From an uncultured Gammaproteobacteria bacterium (GTDB lineage Bacteria; Patescibacteriota; Patescibacteriia; Magasanikbacterales; UBA922), in contig OZ246405.1 in the NCBI GenBank assembly GCA_965231005.1, forward strand, positions 365,877 through 429,876: a stretch of 64,000 nucleotides of DNA, read 5' to 3'. Positions 36,150-46,892 of the stretch are shown here, piece after piece. The stretch's first letter is position 1; every line of letters begins with the position of its first letter. The notes below the pieces were generated by a model, which did not search any database, had not been told where the DNA came from, and saw only the letters and a program-made list of their open reading frames with translations. A program made the position numbers and the translations under genes.

Positions 36150-39100
36150 ATGCCTACCTATAGTCGCCAAGAGGTAAAAGATCAAGAACGAAAGTTCTTC
36201 ACTGACATTGAACAAGCAGATGTTGGTACAGATCTTATTGAGATGCAAAAAACATCTTATGACTGGTTCTTTAATACAGGAATCAGAGAATTGTTTGATG
36301 AGGTTTCTCCAATCACAGATTTTACAGGTCGTGATTTGGAATTATTTTTTGAAGATTATTACGTTGATGATGCAAAATTCGACGAAGTTACTTGTCGAGA
36401 AAAAAATATTACCTACGAAGCACCAATTCGTGTAAAAGCACGTTTGCTCAACAAACGAACAAACGAAGAAGACACACAAGAAATTTATCTTGGTGACATT
36501 CCACTCATGACAGAACGTGGAACGTTTATTGTCAATGGTATTGAGCGTGTGGTTGTGACACAATTGATTCGTTCACCTGGTGCATTTTTTACAGAAAGTA
36601 CAGTGCGTGGTCGTCGTTTTTACGGAGCAAAGATTATTCCAAACCGCGGGGCTTGGATTGAAATTGAAACAGATCACAACAATGTTATTTGGGTAAAAGT
36701 TGATAGAAAAAGAAAAGTTGCCGCAACATCACTCTTGCGTGCATTTGGAATGGCAGAAAATGATGAAATCATAAAACAATTTCAAGATGTAAACACACAT
36801 CCAAACATTGATTACATTGAATCAACACTTAAAAAAGATATTGCATCAAACGAAGATGAAGGTTTGATTGAAGTGTACAAAAGAATTCGTCCAGGTGATC
36901 TTGCAACTGCAGATAATGCAAAGAGTTTGATTCATGCAATGTTTTTCAACTTTGATAGATACGACCTCGGAAGAGTTGGTGTATACAAAATGAATACAAA
37001 GTTCAATCTTGGATTGGGAGAAAAAGAATTTGATAGCAAAGAAGAACGAGTACTCAGTCTTGATAAACTTATTCTTGTACTACGTGAGGTTATTCGTTTG
37101 AATGTAACACAAGAAGCAGCAGATGATATTGATCACCTTGGAAACAGACGACTTCGCGCAGTTGGTGAGTTGGTACAAAACAGATTCCGTGTTGGACTTT
37201 CTCGAATGGAACGTATTGTAAAAGATCGTATGAGTACATACGAACTTGATAGTTTGGGACCAAACAAATTGATCAATGCGCGTCCTGTCATTGGTGCAGT
37301 GCGAGAATTCTTTATGAGTTCACAGTTGTCTCAATTCATGGACCAAGTAAACCCACTTGCAGAATTGGAACACAAACGTCGTATTAGTGCACTTGGACCC
37401 GGTGGACTTTCTCGAGACCGTGCAGGATTTGAAGTTCGTGATGTGCACACAACTCACTACGGAAGAATTTGTCCTATTGCTACACCAGAAGGACCAAACA
37501 TTGGACTTGTTGGGCACCTTTCAACATATGCAAAAATGAATACGTTTGGTTTTCTTGAAACACCGTACAGAAAAGTTATTAATAAAACACCAAACGAAGC
37601 ACGATTTACAGAGGGTGAAATTGCGTTGGAAGATATTAAGGGAATTGTAAAAGCAGGTGAAAAAATTTCTGCTGCTGCTGCAAAAAAATTAGAAAAGAAA
37701 AAAGATATTACAGAAGTAAACGTAAAGCCTCGTGTTTCAAATGAAATTATTTACTTGAATTCTTTCCAAGAAGAACGAGCTGTTACGGTGAGTGCAACAA
37801 CACCTGTTGATGCAGATGGATATCTTACAGATGCTCGTGTCCCTGCTCGTGTGTACGGTGTACCATCAACTATTCCAGTTGAAAAAGTAGAATACATGGA
37901 CGTTGCATCAAACCAAATTTTGTCAGTTGCAACAAGTCTTATTCCATTCCTCGAACATGACGATGCGACTCGTGCACTTATGGGAACAAACATGCAACGG
38001 CAAGCTGTTCCTTGTATCACACCAGATGCACCATATGTTGGAACAGGAATGGAAAAAACAGCTGCATACAACAGTGGATATGTTATTCGCGCAAAAGAAG
38101 ATGGAGAAGTAACTGCCCTTAACGGTGGAATGATTGAAATTACTGGAAAAGGGAAAAATGGAAAAGTATATAAGTATCCACTCAGCAAATATGTTCGTTC
38201 AAATGCATCAAGTTCCATTAACCAAAGGCCGCTTGTATCAATGGGTCAAAAAGTTAAGAAAGGACAGCCACTTTGTGATGGACCATGTACACAACACGGT
38301 GAATTGGCAATTGGACAAAATGTATTAGTCGCATACATGGTATGGGATGGATACAACTATGAGGATGCTATTATTGTTTCAGAGAGACTTGTTCAAAAAG
38401 ATAAATATACATCAATTCACATTGAAAATTATTCAAACGATGTTCGTGAGACAAAATTGGGTGCAGAGGTTGTTACATCTGACATTCCAAACGTAAGCGA
38501 AGAAAAATTAAAAAATCTTGACTCAGAAGGAATCGTTCGTGTTGGAGCAGAAGTTCAATCTGGAGATATTCTTGTTGGAAAAATTACACCAAAAGGTGAA
38601 ACAGAATTGTCACCAGAAGAACGATTGCTTCGTGCGATTTTTGGTGAAAAAGCTCGAGACGTTCGTGACTCATCACTTTACTTATCTCATGGTGAACATG
38701 GAAAAGTTATTGACGTGAAACTTTTCTCAGGAGAAGAAGGTGACAAATTGCAACCAGGAGTTATTAAACAAGTTCAAGTTACTATTGCTGACATGAGAAA
38801 AATTCAAGTCGGTGATAAGATGGCTGGTCGTCATGGAAATAAAGGTGTTATTTCACGTGTTGTTCCTGTTGAAGACATGCCATTCTTGGAAGATGGAACA
38901 CCAGTTGACATTATCTTGTCACCACTTGGTGTTATCTCACGTATGAACTTGGGACAATTACTTGAAACGCATCTTGGTCTTGCAGCAAACGCACTTGGAT
39001 ATCGCGCAGCAACACCACCACTGAACGGAATTACAGAAGAACAAATCAAAGGTGAACTTGAAAAGGCTGGCATGCCAGTAGATGGTCAACTGCAATTGTT

Positions 39101-39599
39101 TGATGGAAGAACTGGTGAACCGTTTGATAATAAAACAACTGTTGGATACAACTACATGTTGAAGTTGAACCACATGATTGAAGACAAACTTCACCAACGT
39201 TCTATTGGTCCATACAGTTTGATTACGCAACAGCCACTTGGTGGTAAAGCGCAATTTGGTGGACAACGTTTTGGAGAAATGGAAGTTTGGGCGCTCGAAG
39301 CATATGGGGCAGCACACACATTGCAAGAAATTTTGACCATTAAATCAGATGATGTTCCAGGACGGTCAAAAGCATATGAATCAATCATTAAAGGACAAAA
39401 TATTACACGGGTAAACTTACCTGAATCATTTAATGTGCTCATGAAAGAGTTAAAAGGACTTTGTCTAGATGTCCAATTGCTCAAGAAGGTCGATGGGTCA
39501 TATATGTCACTCGAAGAGGCAAAATCATTGGAACGTGAACGTTCTCGTGAACAAGAATCTTCTGAGGAAAAAAGCGAAACAGAAAAGAGTGACGCATAA
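36150..39599 (+). CDS. rpoB: DNA-directed RNA polymerase subunit beta
   Basis: Collinear conservation throughout (for example GDKMAGRHGNKGV, NMQRQAVP). Start taken at MPTYSRQEV. The ORF-track start at 36069 reads through the spacer. Confidence 0.97.
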   Translation: MPTYSRQEVKDQERKFFTDIEQADVGTDLIEMQKTSYDWFFNTGIRELFDEVSPITDFTGRDLELFFEDYYVDDAKFDEVTCREKNITYEAPIRVKARLLNKRTNEEDTQEIYLGDIPLMTERGTFIVNGIERVVVTQLIRSPGAFFTESTVRGRRFYGAKIIPNRGAWIEIETDHNNVIWVKVDRKRKVAATSLLRAFGMAENDEIIKQFQDVNTHPNIDYIESTLKKDIASNEDEGLIEVYKRIRPGDLATADNAKSLIHAMFFNFDRYDLGRVGVYKMNTKFNLGLGEKEFDSKEERVLSLDKLILVLREVIRLNVTQEAADDIDHLGNRRLRAVGELVQNRFRVGLSRMERIVKDRMSTYELDSLGPNKLINARPVIGAVREFFMSSQLSQFMDQVNPLAELEHKRRISALGPGGLSRDRAGFEVRDVHTTHYGRICPIATPEGPNIGLVGHLSTYAKMNTFGFLETPYRKVINKTPNEARFTEGEIALEDIKGIVKAGEKISAAAAKKLEKKKDITEVNVKPRVSNEIIYLNSFQEERAVTVSATTPVDADGYLTDARVPARVYGVPSTIPVEKVEYMDVASNQILSVATSLIPFLEHDDATRALMGTNMQRQAVPCITPDAPYVGTGMEKTAAYNSGYVIRAKEDGEVTALNGGMIEITGKGKNGKVYKYPLSKYVRSNASSSINQRPLVSMGQKVKKGQPLCDGPCTQHGELAIGQNVLVAYMVWDGYNYEDAIIVSERLVQKDKYTSIHIENYSNDVRETKLGAEVVTSDIPNVSEEKLKNLDSEGIVRVGAEVQSGDILVGKITPKGETELSPEERLLRAIFGEKARDVRDSSLYLSHGEHGKVIDVKLFSGEEGDKLQPGVIKQVQVTIADMRKIQVGDKMAGRHGNKGVISRVVPVEDMPFLEDGTPVDIILSPLGVISRMNLGQLLETHLGLAANALGYRAATPPLNGITEEQIKGELEKAGMPVDGQLQLFDGRTGEPFDNKTTVGYNYMLKLNHMIEDKLHQRSIGPYSLITQQPLGGKAQFGGQRFGEMEVWALEAYGAAHTLQEILTIKSDDVPGRSKAYESIIKGQNITRVNLPESFNVLMKELKGLCLDVQLLKKVDGSYMSLEEAKSLERERSREQESSEEKSETEKSDA

Positions 39600-39625
39600 C
39601 TATTCATGAGATAACCAATAATAAT

Positions 39626-42600
39626 ATGATTCGTAACATACTTCACTCAATGGACTTTGACGCACTCGCGCTTCGCGTTGCTTCGCCAGAGACCGTTCGT
39701 AAATGGTCATATGGTCAAGTAACAAAACCAGAGACCATTAATTATCGTACACAAAAACCAGAAAAGAGTGGTCTATTTGCAGAAGAGATTTTTGGACCAA
39801 CAAAAGACTGGGAATGTTATTGTGGAAAATATAAGAAAATCCGTTATAAAGGAATTACGTGTGACAAGTGTGGTGTTGAAGTAACACATTCACTTGTTCG
39901 TCGTGATCGCATGGGACACATTGAACTTTCATCACCCGTTTCGCATATTTGGTTCCTTCGTTCAATTCCTTCAAAAATTGGATTGATCTTAGACTCTTCT
40001 ATTCAATCACTTGAAAAAGTTATTTACTTTGCTTCATTTATTGTTACTCGCGTAGATGAACCAGGATTAAAAGAAGTCCACGAAGCATTGAAAAAAGAAT
40101 ACAAGACAAAGAAGAAACAGATTGAAAATGAATTCAATCAAAAAATTGCAAACGCAAAAGATAAAAAAGCAGGAAAAGATGTTCTCAAAGAAATTGCAGA
40201 TGAACGTGAAAGAAAAGACGCAATGCTTGATGAAGAATTTGATACAGCAAGCGCAGATTTGAAAGATATTAAAATGCTTTCAATTATTTCTGAAAACAGA
40301 TATCAAGAACTTGCAATGCGATACGGTCATTTGTTTGATGCAGAAATTGGTGCAGCTGCAATTCACACATTGCTCAAACGACTTGATCTTGAAAAAACAG
40401 CAAATCGCCTTGGAGAAGAAATTGAAAAGAGCAAAGGTGCAAAACGAGAACGACTTGTTCGACGTGTAAAACTTTTGAAAAATCTTCACAAGAATAATAT
40501 CCGACCAGAATGGATGATTTTACAAGCAATTCCTGTTATTCCTCCAGATCTTCGTCCTATGGTTGCGCTTGATGGTGGACGATTTGCAACAAGTGATTTG
40601 AATGACTTGTACCGTCGTGTGATTAACAGAAACAATCGTTTGAAACGTCTTATTGATTTGAGTGCTCCAGAAGTTATTTGTCGAAACGAGCGACGCATGT
40701 TGCAAGAAGCAGTTGATGCGCTTATCGACAACAATGCGCGTGCAAGTAAAACAGTGACTGCTTCTACAGGACAAAAACGACAATTGCGCTCACTTGCAGA
40801 TATCTTAAAAGGAAAACAAGGACGATTCCGTCAGAACCTTCTTGGAAAACGTGTTGACTACTCTGGTCGTTCTGTTATTGTGGTTGGTCCAAAGCTTAGC
40901 ATTGACGAATGTGGAATTCCAAAACGAATGGCACTTGAACTTTTCAAGCCATTTGTTATGTCAGAAATTATTAAGCAAGAGCTTGCGCACAACGTTCGAA
41001 GTGCATCACGATTTATTGAATCAAATGCACCAGAAGTGTGGGATATTTTGGAAGATTTAACAAAAACACGACGTGTTCTCTTGAACCGTGCGCCAACACT
41101 TCACCGTTTAGGTATTCAAGCATTTAGACCACAACTTGTAGAAGGAAAAGCAATTCAACTTCATCCACTTGTATGTACAGCATTTAATGCTGACTTTGAT
41201 GGAGACCAAATGGCTGTCCATCTTCCTCTTACAGAAGAAGCAAAATGGGAAGCTGAAAATTTGATGGCATCAGAAAAAAATATTTTGAAGCCAGCAACCG
41301 GTTCTCCTGTGACAGCACCACAACAAGACATTGCGCTTGGTGTGTACTACCTTACAAAGTATGCAGAAGATGATACAGAAGAAGTGAAACGATATTTCTC
41401 AAATATTACAGAAGCAAAGTTTGCATACAAGAGCCGACTTATTTCACTGAAAGAACGTATCAAAGTTCGTTTTGATGACTTAAGTAAATTTGAAGAAGGT
41501 GTTGGCCCAATTATTGAAACATCTATTGGTCGTATCTTGTTCAATGAAATTCTTCCAGAAAAAATTCCATTCTACAACGAAGTTATCACTAAGAAACACA
41601 CAAGTGTTATTATCCAATTACTTCTTGAGTTGTACGGACAAGAGCAAGTTGCTCGTACGCTTGATTCTATGAAAGCGCTTGGATTTAAGTATGTAACAAA
41701 GTCTGGATATTCTCTTGGTATGGATGATTTTGGTCATGTAAAAGAGAAAAAAGAAATTCTCTCAAAAGGTGATGAAGAAATCCAAGTTGTGCAAGATCAA
41801 TATGAACAAGGATTCTTAACAGACTCAGAACGACATTCAAAAGTTATTGAAATTTGGACACAAGCAAAAGATAAAGTTGTTGCTCATAATAAAGAAGGAC
41901 TTGAGCGCGATGGTTCAGTATTTGCCATGATTGACTCTGGTGCTCGTGGTAGTTGGGGACAATTGGGACAGGTTATTGGAATGAAAGGACTTGTGGCTTC
42001 TCCAAGTGGAGACATTATTGAACTTCCTGTAAAAGGAAACTTTAAAGAAGGTTTTGGTGTTCTTGAGTTCTTTATTTCAAGTCATGGAACAAGAAAAGGA
42101 CTTTCAGATACTGCGCTTCGTACTGCAAATGCAGGATACCTTACTCGACGTTTGGTCGATGTGGCACAAGACGTAGTTGTTTCTGAAGATGATTGTGGAA
42201 CAACAGAAGGTGCAGTATTTACTATTGCTGAATCAGATGAAATGGGACAAAAATTGGCAGATCGTGTGATGGGACGTTTTGTTCTTGAAAACATTAAAGA
42301 CGGAAGAAAAACAATTGTAAAAGCGGGTGACGTTGTAACACAAGAAGCAGCTCGAAGTATTCAAAAGGCAGGTGTAGATAGTATTCATGTACGAAGTGTA
42401 CTTCGTTGTGCCATGCCAAAAGGTGTTTGTGTAAAATGTTATGGATATGATCTTTCCAATAACAATGTTGTAAAACATGGGCTTGCAGCAGGAATTGTTG
42501 CGGCACAGTCTATTGGTGAGCCTGGTACACAGTTGACCATGAGAACCTTCCACCTTGGTGGTATTGCTGGTGGTGGAGATATTACACAAGGTCTTCCACG

Positions 42601-43639
42601 TGTTGAAGAATTGTTCGAAGCAAGAAAACCAAAAAGAAAAGCTGCGCTTTCAGAAGTTGCAGGTACAGTAGAAATCGAAGACGCTGATGGAAAAATTATC
42701 ACAAGTCCAACAGGAAGAAAAATATTTGAAGGTCGTCGTGGACAGAAAATTATTAAAGTTCACTTCGAAGGAGTCGATGAAATTCGAATCCGTCTTCGAA
42801 AAAGCGATGATGTTATGGTTGAACCTGGAGACAAAGTGAAAAAAGGTGATCTCCTCTTAGTTCGCGGAACAAGCGGAGAAGAAGTAAAAGCAGAATACAC
42901 TGGTTCAGTAAGCAAAGACGGAAAAGATCTTGTTCTTGAATACGAAGGTCGTCATAGCAAAGAATACATTATTCCAATTGGATATAAATTATGGGTAAAA
43001 GATGGCGACACTGTTGAAAAAGGTGAACAGCTTACAGAGGGAAGTATTGATCTTCATCAACTCTTTAAACTTCGAGGACGTGATGCTGTACAAGATTATA
43101 TTTTGAGAGGAATTCAAGATATCTATGCATCTCAAGGACAACGATTGAATGACAAACATATTGAAGTGATTATTCGCCAAATGTTTAGTCGTGTGTATGT
43201 TGAAGATGCTGGTGATACAGATCTCCTTCCTGGTGAAACAATTGAAAAATCTCAATTGTATTATGCGAATGAACAAGCAAAGAAAGACAAAAAGAAAGAA
43301 GCTGTTGCTCGTGAACTTTTCCTAGGTATTAGTAAAGTGTCTCTTTCAACACAGAGCTTCTTGTCTGCTGCTTCGTTCCAAGAAACATCAAAAGTCTTGA
43401 TTAACGCAGCAATCACTGGAAAGATTGATCATCTTGAAGGACTTAAGGAAAATGTGATTATTGGTCGTCTTATCCCAGCTGGAACAGGATATGATCTTGA
43501 AAATCAAGAAGTCGTAAAGGAAGAACCAGTGATTAATACAGATAAAGAGATCTCTACTGATGATTCAGAAGGTGAAAAAGGAGAAGAAAGTCCTGAATCT
43601 TCAGAAAATGAAGAAAAAGAAGTTGATTCTGAAGAATAA
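39626..43639 (+). CDS. rpoC: DNA-directed RNA polymerase subunit beta prime
   Basis: Zn-finger CYCGKYKKIRYKGITCDKCG, NADFDGDQM catalytic motif and conserved C-terminal regions. Confidence 0.97.
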   Translation: MIRNILHSMDFDALALRVASPETVRKWSYGQVTKPETINYRTQKPEKSGLFAEEIFGPTKDWECYCGKYKKIRYKGITCDKCGVEVTHSLVRRDRMGHIELSSPVSHIWFLRSIPSKIGLILDSSIQSLEKVIYFASFIVTRVDEPGLKEVHEALKKEYKTKKKQIENEFNQKIANAKDKKAGKDVLKEIADERERKDAMLDEEFDTASADLKDIKMLSIISENRYQELAMRYGHLFDAEIGAAAIHTLLKRLDLEKTANRLGEEIEKSKGAKRERLVRRVKLLKNLHKNNIRPEWMILQAIPVIPPDLRPMVALDGGRFATSDLNDLYRRVINRNNRLKRLIDLSAPEVICRNERRMLQEAVDALIDNNARASKTVTASTGQKRQLRSLADILKGKQGRFRQNLLGKRVDYSGRSVIVVGPKLSIDECGIPKRMALELFKPFVMSEIIKQELAHNVRSASRFIESNAPEVWDILEDLTKTRRVLLNRAPTLHRLGIQAFRPQLVEGKAIQLHPLVCTAFNADFDGDQMAVHLPLTEEAKWEAENLMASEKNILKPATGSPVTAPQQDIALGVYYLTKYAEDDTEEVKRYFSNITEAKFAYKSRLISLKERIKVRFDDLSKFEEGVGPIIETSIGRILFNEILPEKIPFYNEVITKKHTSVIIQLLLELYGQEQVARTLDSMKALGFKYVTKSGYSLGMDDFGHVKEKKEILSKGDEEIQVVQDQYEQGFLTDSERHSKVIEIWTQAKDKVVAHNKEGLERDGSVFAMIDSGARGSWGQLGQVIGMKGLVASPSGDIIELPVKGNFKEGFGVLEFFISSHGTRKGLSDTALRTANAGYLTRRLVDVAQDVVVSEDDCGTTEGAVFTIAESDEMGQKLADRVMGRFVLENIKDGRKTIVKAGDVVTQEAARSIQKAGVDSIHVRSVLRCAMPKGVCVKCYGYDLSNNNVVKHGLAAGIVAAQSIGEPGTQLTMRTFHLGGIAGGGDITQGLPRVEELFEARKPKRKAALSEVAGTVEIEDADGKIITSPTGRKIFEGRRGQKIIKVHFEGVDEIRIRLRKSDDVMVEPGDKVKKGDLLLVRGTSGEEVKAEYTGSVSKDGKDLVLEYEGRHSKEYIIPIGYKLWVKDGDTVEKGEQLTEGSIDLHQLFKLRGRDAVQDYILRGIQDIYASQGQRLNDKHIEVIIRQMFSRVYVEDAGDTDLLPGETIEKSQLYYANEQAKKDKKKEAVARELFLGISKVSLSTQSFLSAASFQETSKVLINAAITGKIDHLEGLKENVIIGRLIPAGTGYDLENQEVVKEEPVINTDKEISTDDSEGEKGEESPESSENEEKEVDSEE

Positions 43640-43671
43640 TTTGGCTTAGATTAGCAAAAAAAGACCACTGC

Positions 43672-43700
43672 TACGCCCCCGATTTTCGGGGGCTTTGCAG
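43672..43700 (+). terminator. Rho-independent terminator after rpoC
   Basis: GCCCCC-GATTTTC-GGGGGC hairpin followed by TTTG. Confidence 0.6.
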
Positions 43701-43749
43701 TGCAAGCGCTACATGAAGACATAACATTTTATAGCTTGTGCTGCGGAAC

Positions 43750-43777
43750 TTGACAGAATCTGATATTATGCTAATAT
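43750..43777 (+). promoter_or_regulatory. Sigma70-like promoter TTGACA-N16-TAATAT
   Basis: Extended -10 context (TGCTAATAT). About 175-nt leader before the GAGGAGG RBS. Confidence 0.5.
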
Positions 43778-43952
43778 AAGCAGTTCCTTACAAAGCTCAG
43801 AGGAGCCGCCATTATTGTATTTGTCCAAGTACAATTATTGCGGTTTCTCTGTCATAAACGCAAGACAGCAGAAAAACGTAAGTCCCAAACCCCAACCCAA
43901 AACCCAGACAAGGACAATCAGCGACCACCTGGTTGCTACAGAGGAGGCAGCA

Positions 43953-45824
43953 ATGAAGATTTCCTACACGAAAGCCCTGCTCAGTCTCATGGTGGTCGCG
44001 TGCTTCACGGCATGTTCCACCACGGATGAGCCGGTCAACAGCGACACCAAGGCCGACGGGTCTGCGCTGGACGGAAGTTCGTCTGACGCAGGTTCGAGCG
44101 AAGACGTTCCCAAAGACATCGGAAGTCCTGATGTTGGCAAGGACACGGCCGAACCGGTCGACGCCAATCTCGGGCCGTGCCACGGCAAGAAGAACGGCGA
44201 CGAGTGCGACGACAGCAACCCCTGCACCACCGACGACGTTTGCACCGATGGCACCTGCGAGGGTGACGCGGTCAAGTGCGACGATGGCAACACCTGCACC
44301 AAGGATACGTGCAACAAGAAAGGCAAGTGCGAAGTGTCCTACCCGGACGACCTGAAGTGCGAGGACGGCAACAAGTGCACCATCGGTGACACATGTCAGG
44401 CCGGCAGCTGCATTGCAGGCAAGAAGAAGGAATGTTCGGAAGACGGCAACAAGTGCATCAAGTGGCAGTGCTTCCCGACCGAAGGATGCAAGTCCGAGAT
44501 CAAGGAAAACTTCTCGTGCGATGACAGCAACACCTGCACCAAGGATGACAAGTGCGACAGCGAGGGCAAGTGCAAGGGCGGAGGTCTGATCAACTGCAGT
44601 GATGGCAACCCGTGTTCCATCAACACCTGCGATTCCAAGACCGGATGTACTGGTACGCCCAAGGCTGGTCCTTGTGACGATAACAACCCGTGCACGGAGA
44701 ACGACTACTGCAAGGATCAGCAGTGCTTCGCTGGCAAGCTCAAGATCTGCAACGACAGCAAGCCTTGCACTGACGACCAGTGCAACTTGAACGACGGGAC
44801 ATGTTCGTACACGCCGGGTTCAGGCTCCTCGTGCAACGACAACAACTCGTGCACGACCAAGGACACCTGCAACAACGGCAAGTGCGAAGGCGTCAACGAC
44901 TTCAAGTACTGCAATGACGGCAATTCGTGTACGGAGCAAGACAGTTGCATCGGAGGAAAGTGCGTTGGCAAGACCAAGCAGTGCAATGACCAGAACCCCT
45001 GCACCAAGGATTCGTGCAAGCAGACCGGAACTGGTTGTACCTACGAGCATCTGAAGGGCGATCCGTGCGAAGACGGCATCCTGTGCACCATTGGTGAGCT
45101 TTGCTCCAAGGGTAAGTGCATCGGCGGCAAGGAGAAGAACTGTGACGATGGCAACATGTGCACCAAGGACTCGTGCGATAGCAACACGGGCAAGTGCGCG
45201 AATGACAAGGATCCTATCAAGGGTAAGGACTGCAACGATGGTAACAAGTGTACCGAAAAGGACTCGTGCATAGATGGCACTTGCAAAGGTGATGCACTCA
45301 ACTGTGAAGACGGTAAGGTCTGCACAGATCAAAGTTGCAATCCAGCCAAGGGCTGTGTCTTTACCAGCAAGAATGGGGCGAAGTGCGACGACAAGAATGC
45401 TTGTACGGACACGAGCGTCTGCAAGGGGACGGTCTGCGTTCCCTTGAAGATCACTCAGTGTCCGAACGGTACCAAGTGCAAGCCGAACATCTGCAATCCA
45501 AAGACTGGCCTGTGCGAGCTCAAGGAAAAGAACTGCGACGACAGCAACTTCTGTACGAAGGACTACTGCGATGCCAAGTTCGGTGTGTGCAAACATGTCG
45601 CTCACAAAAACGGCAGTACATGCAGCGATAACGACATCTGTACTCAGGGTGATGTGTGCAACAGCGGGAAGTGTATTGGCAACCCGCCGACCAAATGGTG
45701 CAAGGATGACAACAAGTGCACCAGCGATGCCTGCAACTCGCAGACCGGGGTGTGCGAGTTTACGTGCTTGGTTCCCAAGGTAAACGGCGTTTGTCCGCTG
45801 AACGACCCGATCGCCTGCAAGTAG
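43953..45824 (+). CDS. Cysteine-rich-repeat lipoprotein (about 25 tandem C-x-D-x-N-x-C-T-x-D-x-C modules)
   Basis: GAGGAGG RBS. Signal peptide with Cys lipobox (VVACFTAC). G+C-rich. Repeats resemble the myxobacterial-type Cys-rich repeat, with DGN/DSN-CT cores. Confidence 0.7.
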   Translation: MKISYTKALLSLMVVACFTACSTTDEPVNSDTKADGSALDGSSSDAGSSEDVPKDIGSPDVGKDTAEPVDANLGPCHGKKNGDECDDSNPCTTDDVCTDGTCEGDAVKCDDGNTCTKDTCNKKGKCEVSYPDDLKCEDGNKCTIGDTCQAGSCIAGKKKECSEDGNKCIKWQCFPTEGCKSEIKENFSCDDSNTCTKDDKCDSEGKCKGGGLINCSDGNPCSINTCDSKTGCTGTPKAGPCDDNNPCTENDYCKDQQCFAGKLKICNDSKPCTDDQCNLNDGTCSYTPGSGSSCNDNNSCTTKDTCNNGKCEGVNDFKYCNDGNSCTEQDSCIGGKCVGKTKQCNDQNPCTKDSCKQTGTGCTYEHLKGDPCEDGILCTIGELCSKGKCIGGKEKNCDDGNMCTKDSCDSNTGKCANDKDPIKGKDCNDGNKCTEKDSCIDGTCKGDALNCEDGKVCTDQSCNPAKGCVFTSKNGAKCDDKNACTDTSVCKGTVCVPLKITQCPNGTKCKPNICNPKTGLCELKEKNCDDSNFCTKDYCDAKFGVCKHVAHKNGSTCSDNDICTQGDVCNSGKCIGNPPTKWCKDDNKCTSDACNSQTGVCEFTCLVPKVNGVCPLNDPIACK

Positions 45825-45957
45825 CTGCTGTCAAGAGAACATCAAGGAGACGTCTTGGACAGGGGGAGTACGGTACACCAGTACCCGAAACCCCTGTCCA
45901 GATATTTAGAAAGAGTAAGATTCAAATAGTATTTGGTCTTTTTTTATTTTCAAAATA

Positions 45958-46066
45958 ATAGTTATTAGATATTAGTTACTAGTTATTAGTCTTGATTTTA
46001 CCTATACATTATTATATTGTATCTATACTAAACTAATACCTAATACCTAGTAACTAATAATTAGTA
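45958..46066. repeat. Family C stop-saturated inverted-repeat spacer
   Basis: TAGTTATTAGATATTAGTTACTAGTTATTAGT ... ACTAATACCTAATACCTAGTAACTAATAATTAGTA. Confidence 0.75.
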
Positions 46067-46072
46067 TTGCGT

Positions 46073-46804
46073 ATGTCCGGCCATAGTAAGTGGAGCAAAA
46101 TTCGTCATAAAAAAGGAAAAGCAGATGCAGCACGAAGTAATATTTTTACCAAGTTATCACGCGGCATTACTGTAGCAGCACGAGAAGGCGGTGGAGATTT
46201 AGATATGAATTTTAGTTTGCGTCTTGCAGTAGAAAAAGCAAAGGCAGCAAATATGCCAAAAGATAATATTGAACGAGCCATAAAGCGTGGAACAGGTGAA
46301 TTAAAAGATGGTGCAGTCATAGAAGAAATTTTGTACGAAGGATTTGGCCCAGAAGGTATTGCATTTCTTGTTGATGCAGTCACAGACAACAAGAACAGAG
46401 CAGTTAGCGAAATAAAACATGCGTTTTCAAAATATGGTGGGTCACTTGGTGGACCTGGAAGTGTTCAGTGGCAGTTTGAACACAAAGGGGTAATCAGATT
46501 TACTACAGACAAAAAAAATAGTATCCCAGATTGGGAAACAGCACAGCTCGAACTTATGGATGCAGGTGCAGAAGACATTATTGAATCAGAAGAAGGCGTT
46601 GAAATTATTACAAATATGAAGCAGTTTCAACCGACGACAAAGGTATTTGAAACACTTGGCATTGAAGCAGATGAATCTGGAATTGAATGGATTGCAAAAG
46701 AGTCTCTCTCTTTAGATGAGCAAGCCTCTGAAAAAGTGGAAAAACTTTATGACGCGCTCGACGAGCTAGATGATGTGAGGTCGGTGTTTACAAATGAAGG
46801 TTAG
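46073..46804 (+). CDS. yebC: YebC/PmpR-family transcriptional regulator
   Basis: N-terminal MSGHSKWSKIRHKKGKADAARS is diagnostic. Three-domain length. Confidence 0.9.
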   Translation: MSGHSKWSKIRHKKGKADAARSNIFTKLSRGITVAAREGGGDLDMNFSLRLAVEKAKAANMPKDNIERAIKRGTGELKDGAVIEEILYEGFGPEGIAFLVDAVTDNKNRAVSEIKHAFSKYGGSLGGPGSVQWQFEHKGVIRFTTDKKNSIPDWETAQLELMDAGAEDIIESEEGVEIITNMKQFQPTTKVFETLGIEADESGIEWIAKESLSLDEQASEKVEKLYDALDELDDVRSVFTNEG

Positions 46805-46888
46805 AAATTGGAAACTGGAAATTGGGGATTGTAGAGAGATATTTTTTGTTAAATCCCGAATTTCTAATTTCTAATTTCCAATTTCTAT
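46801..46888. repeat. Family B inverted-repeat spacer
   Basis: AGAAATTGGAAACTGGAAATTGGGGA ... TCCCGAATTTCTAATTTCTAATTTCCAATTTCT. It abuts both the yebC stop and the ruvC start. Confidence 0.75.
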
Positions 46889-46892
46889 TGCT

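Noticed and set aside
43964-45783. Many 60-260-aa ORFs on both strands inside 43953-45824
   Set aside because: They are shadow frames of the G+C-rich Cys-repeat gene. Only the plus frame has a promoter, an RBS, a signal peptide and a coherent repeat structure.
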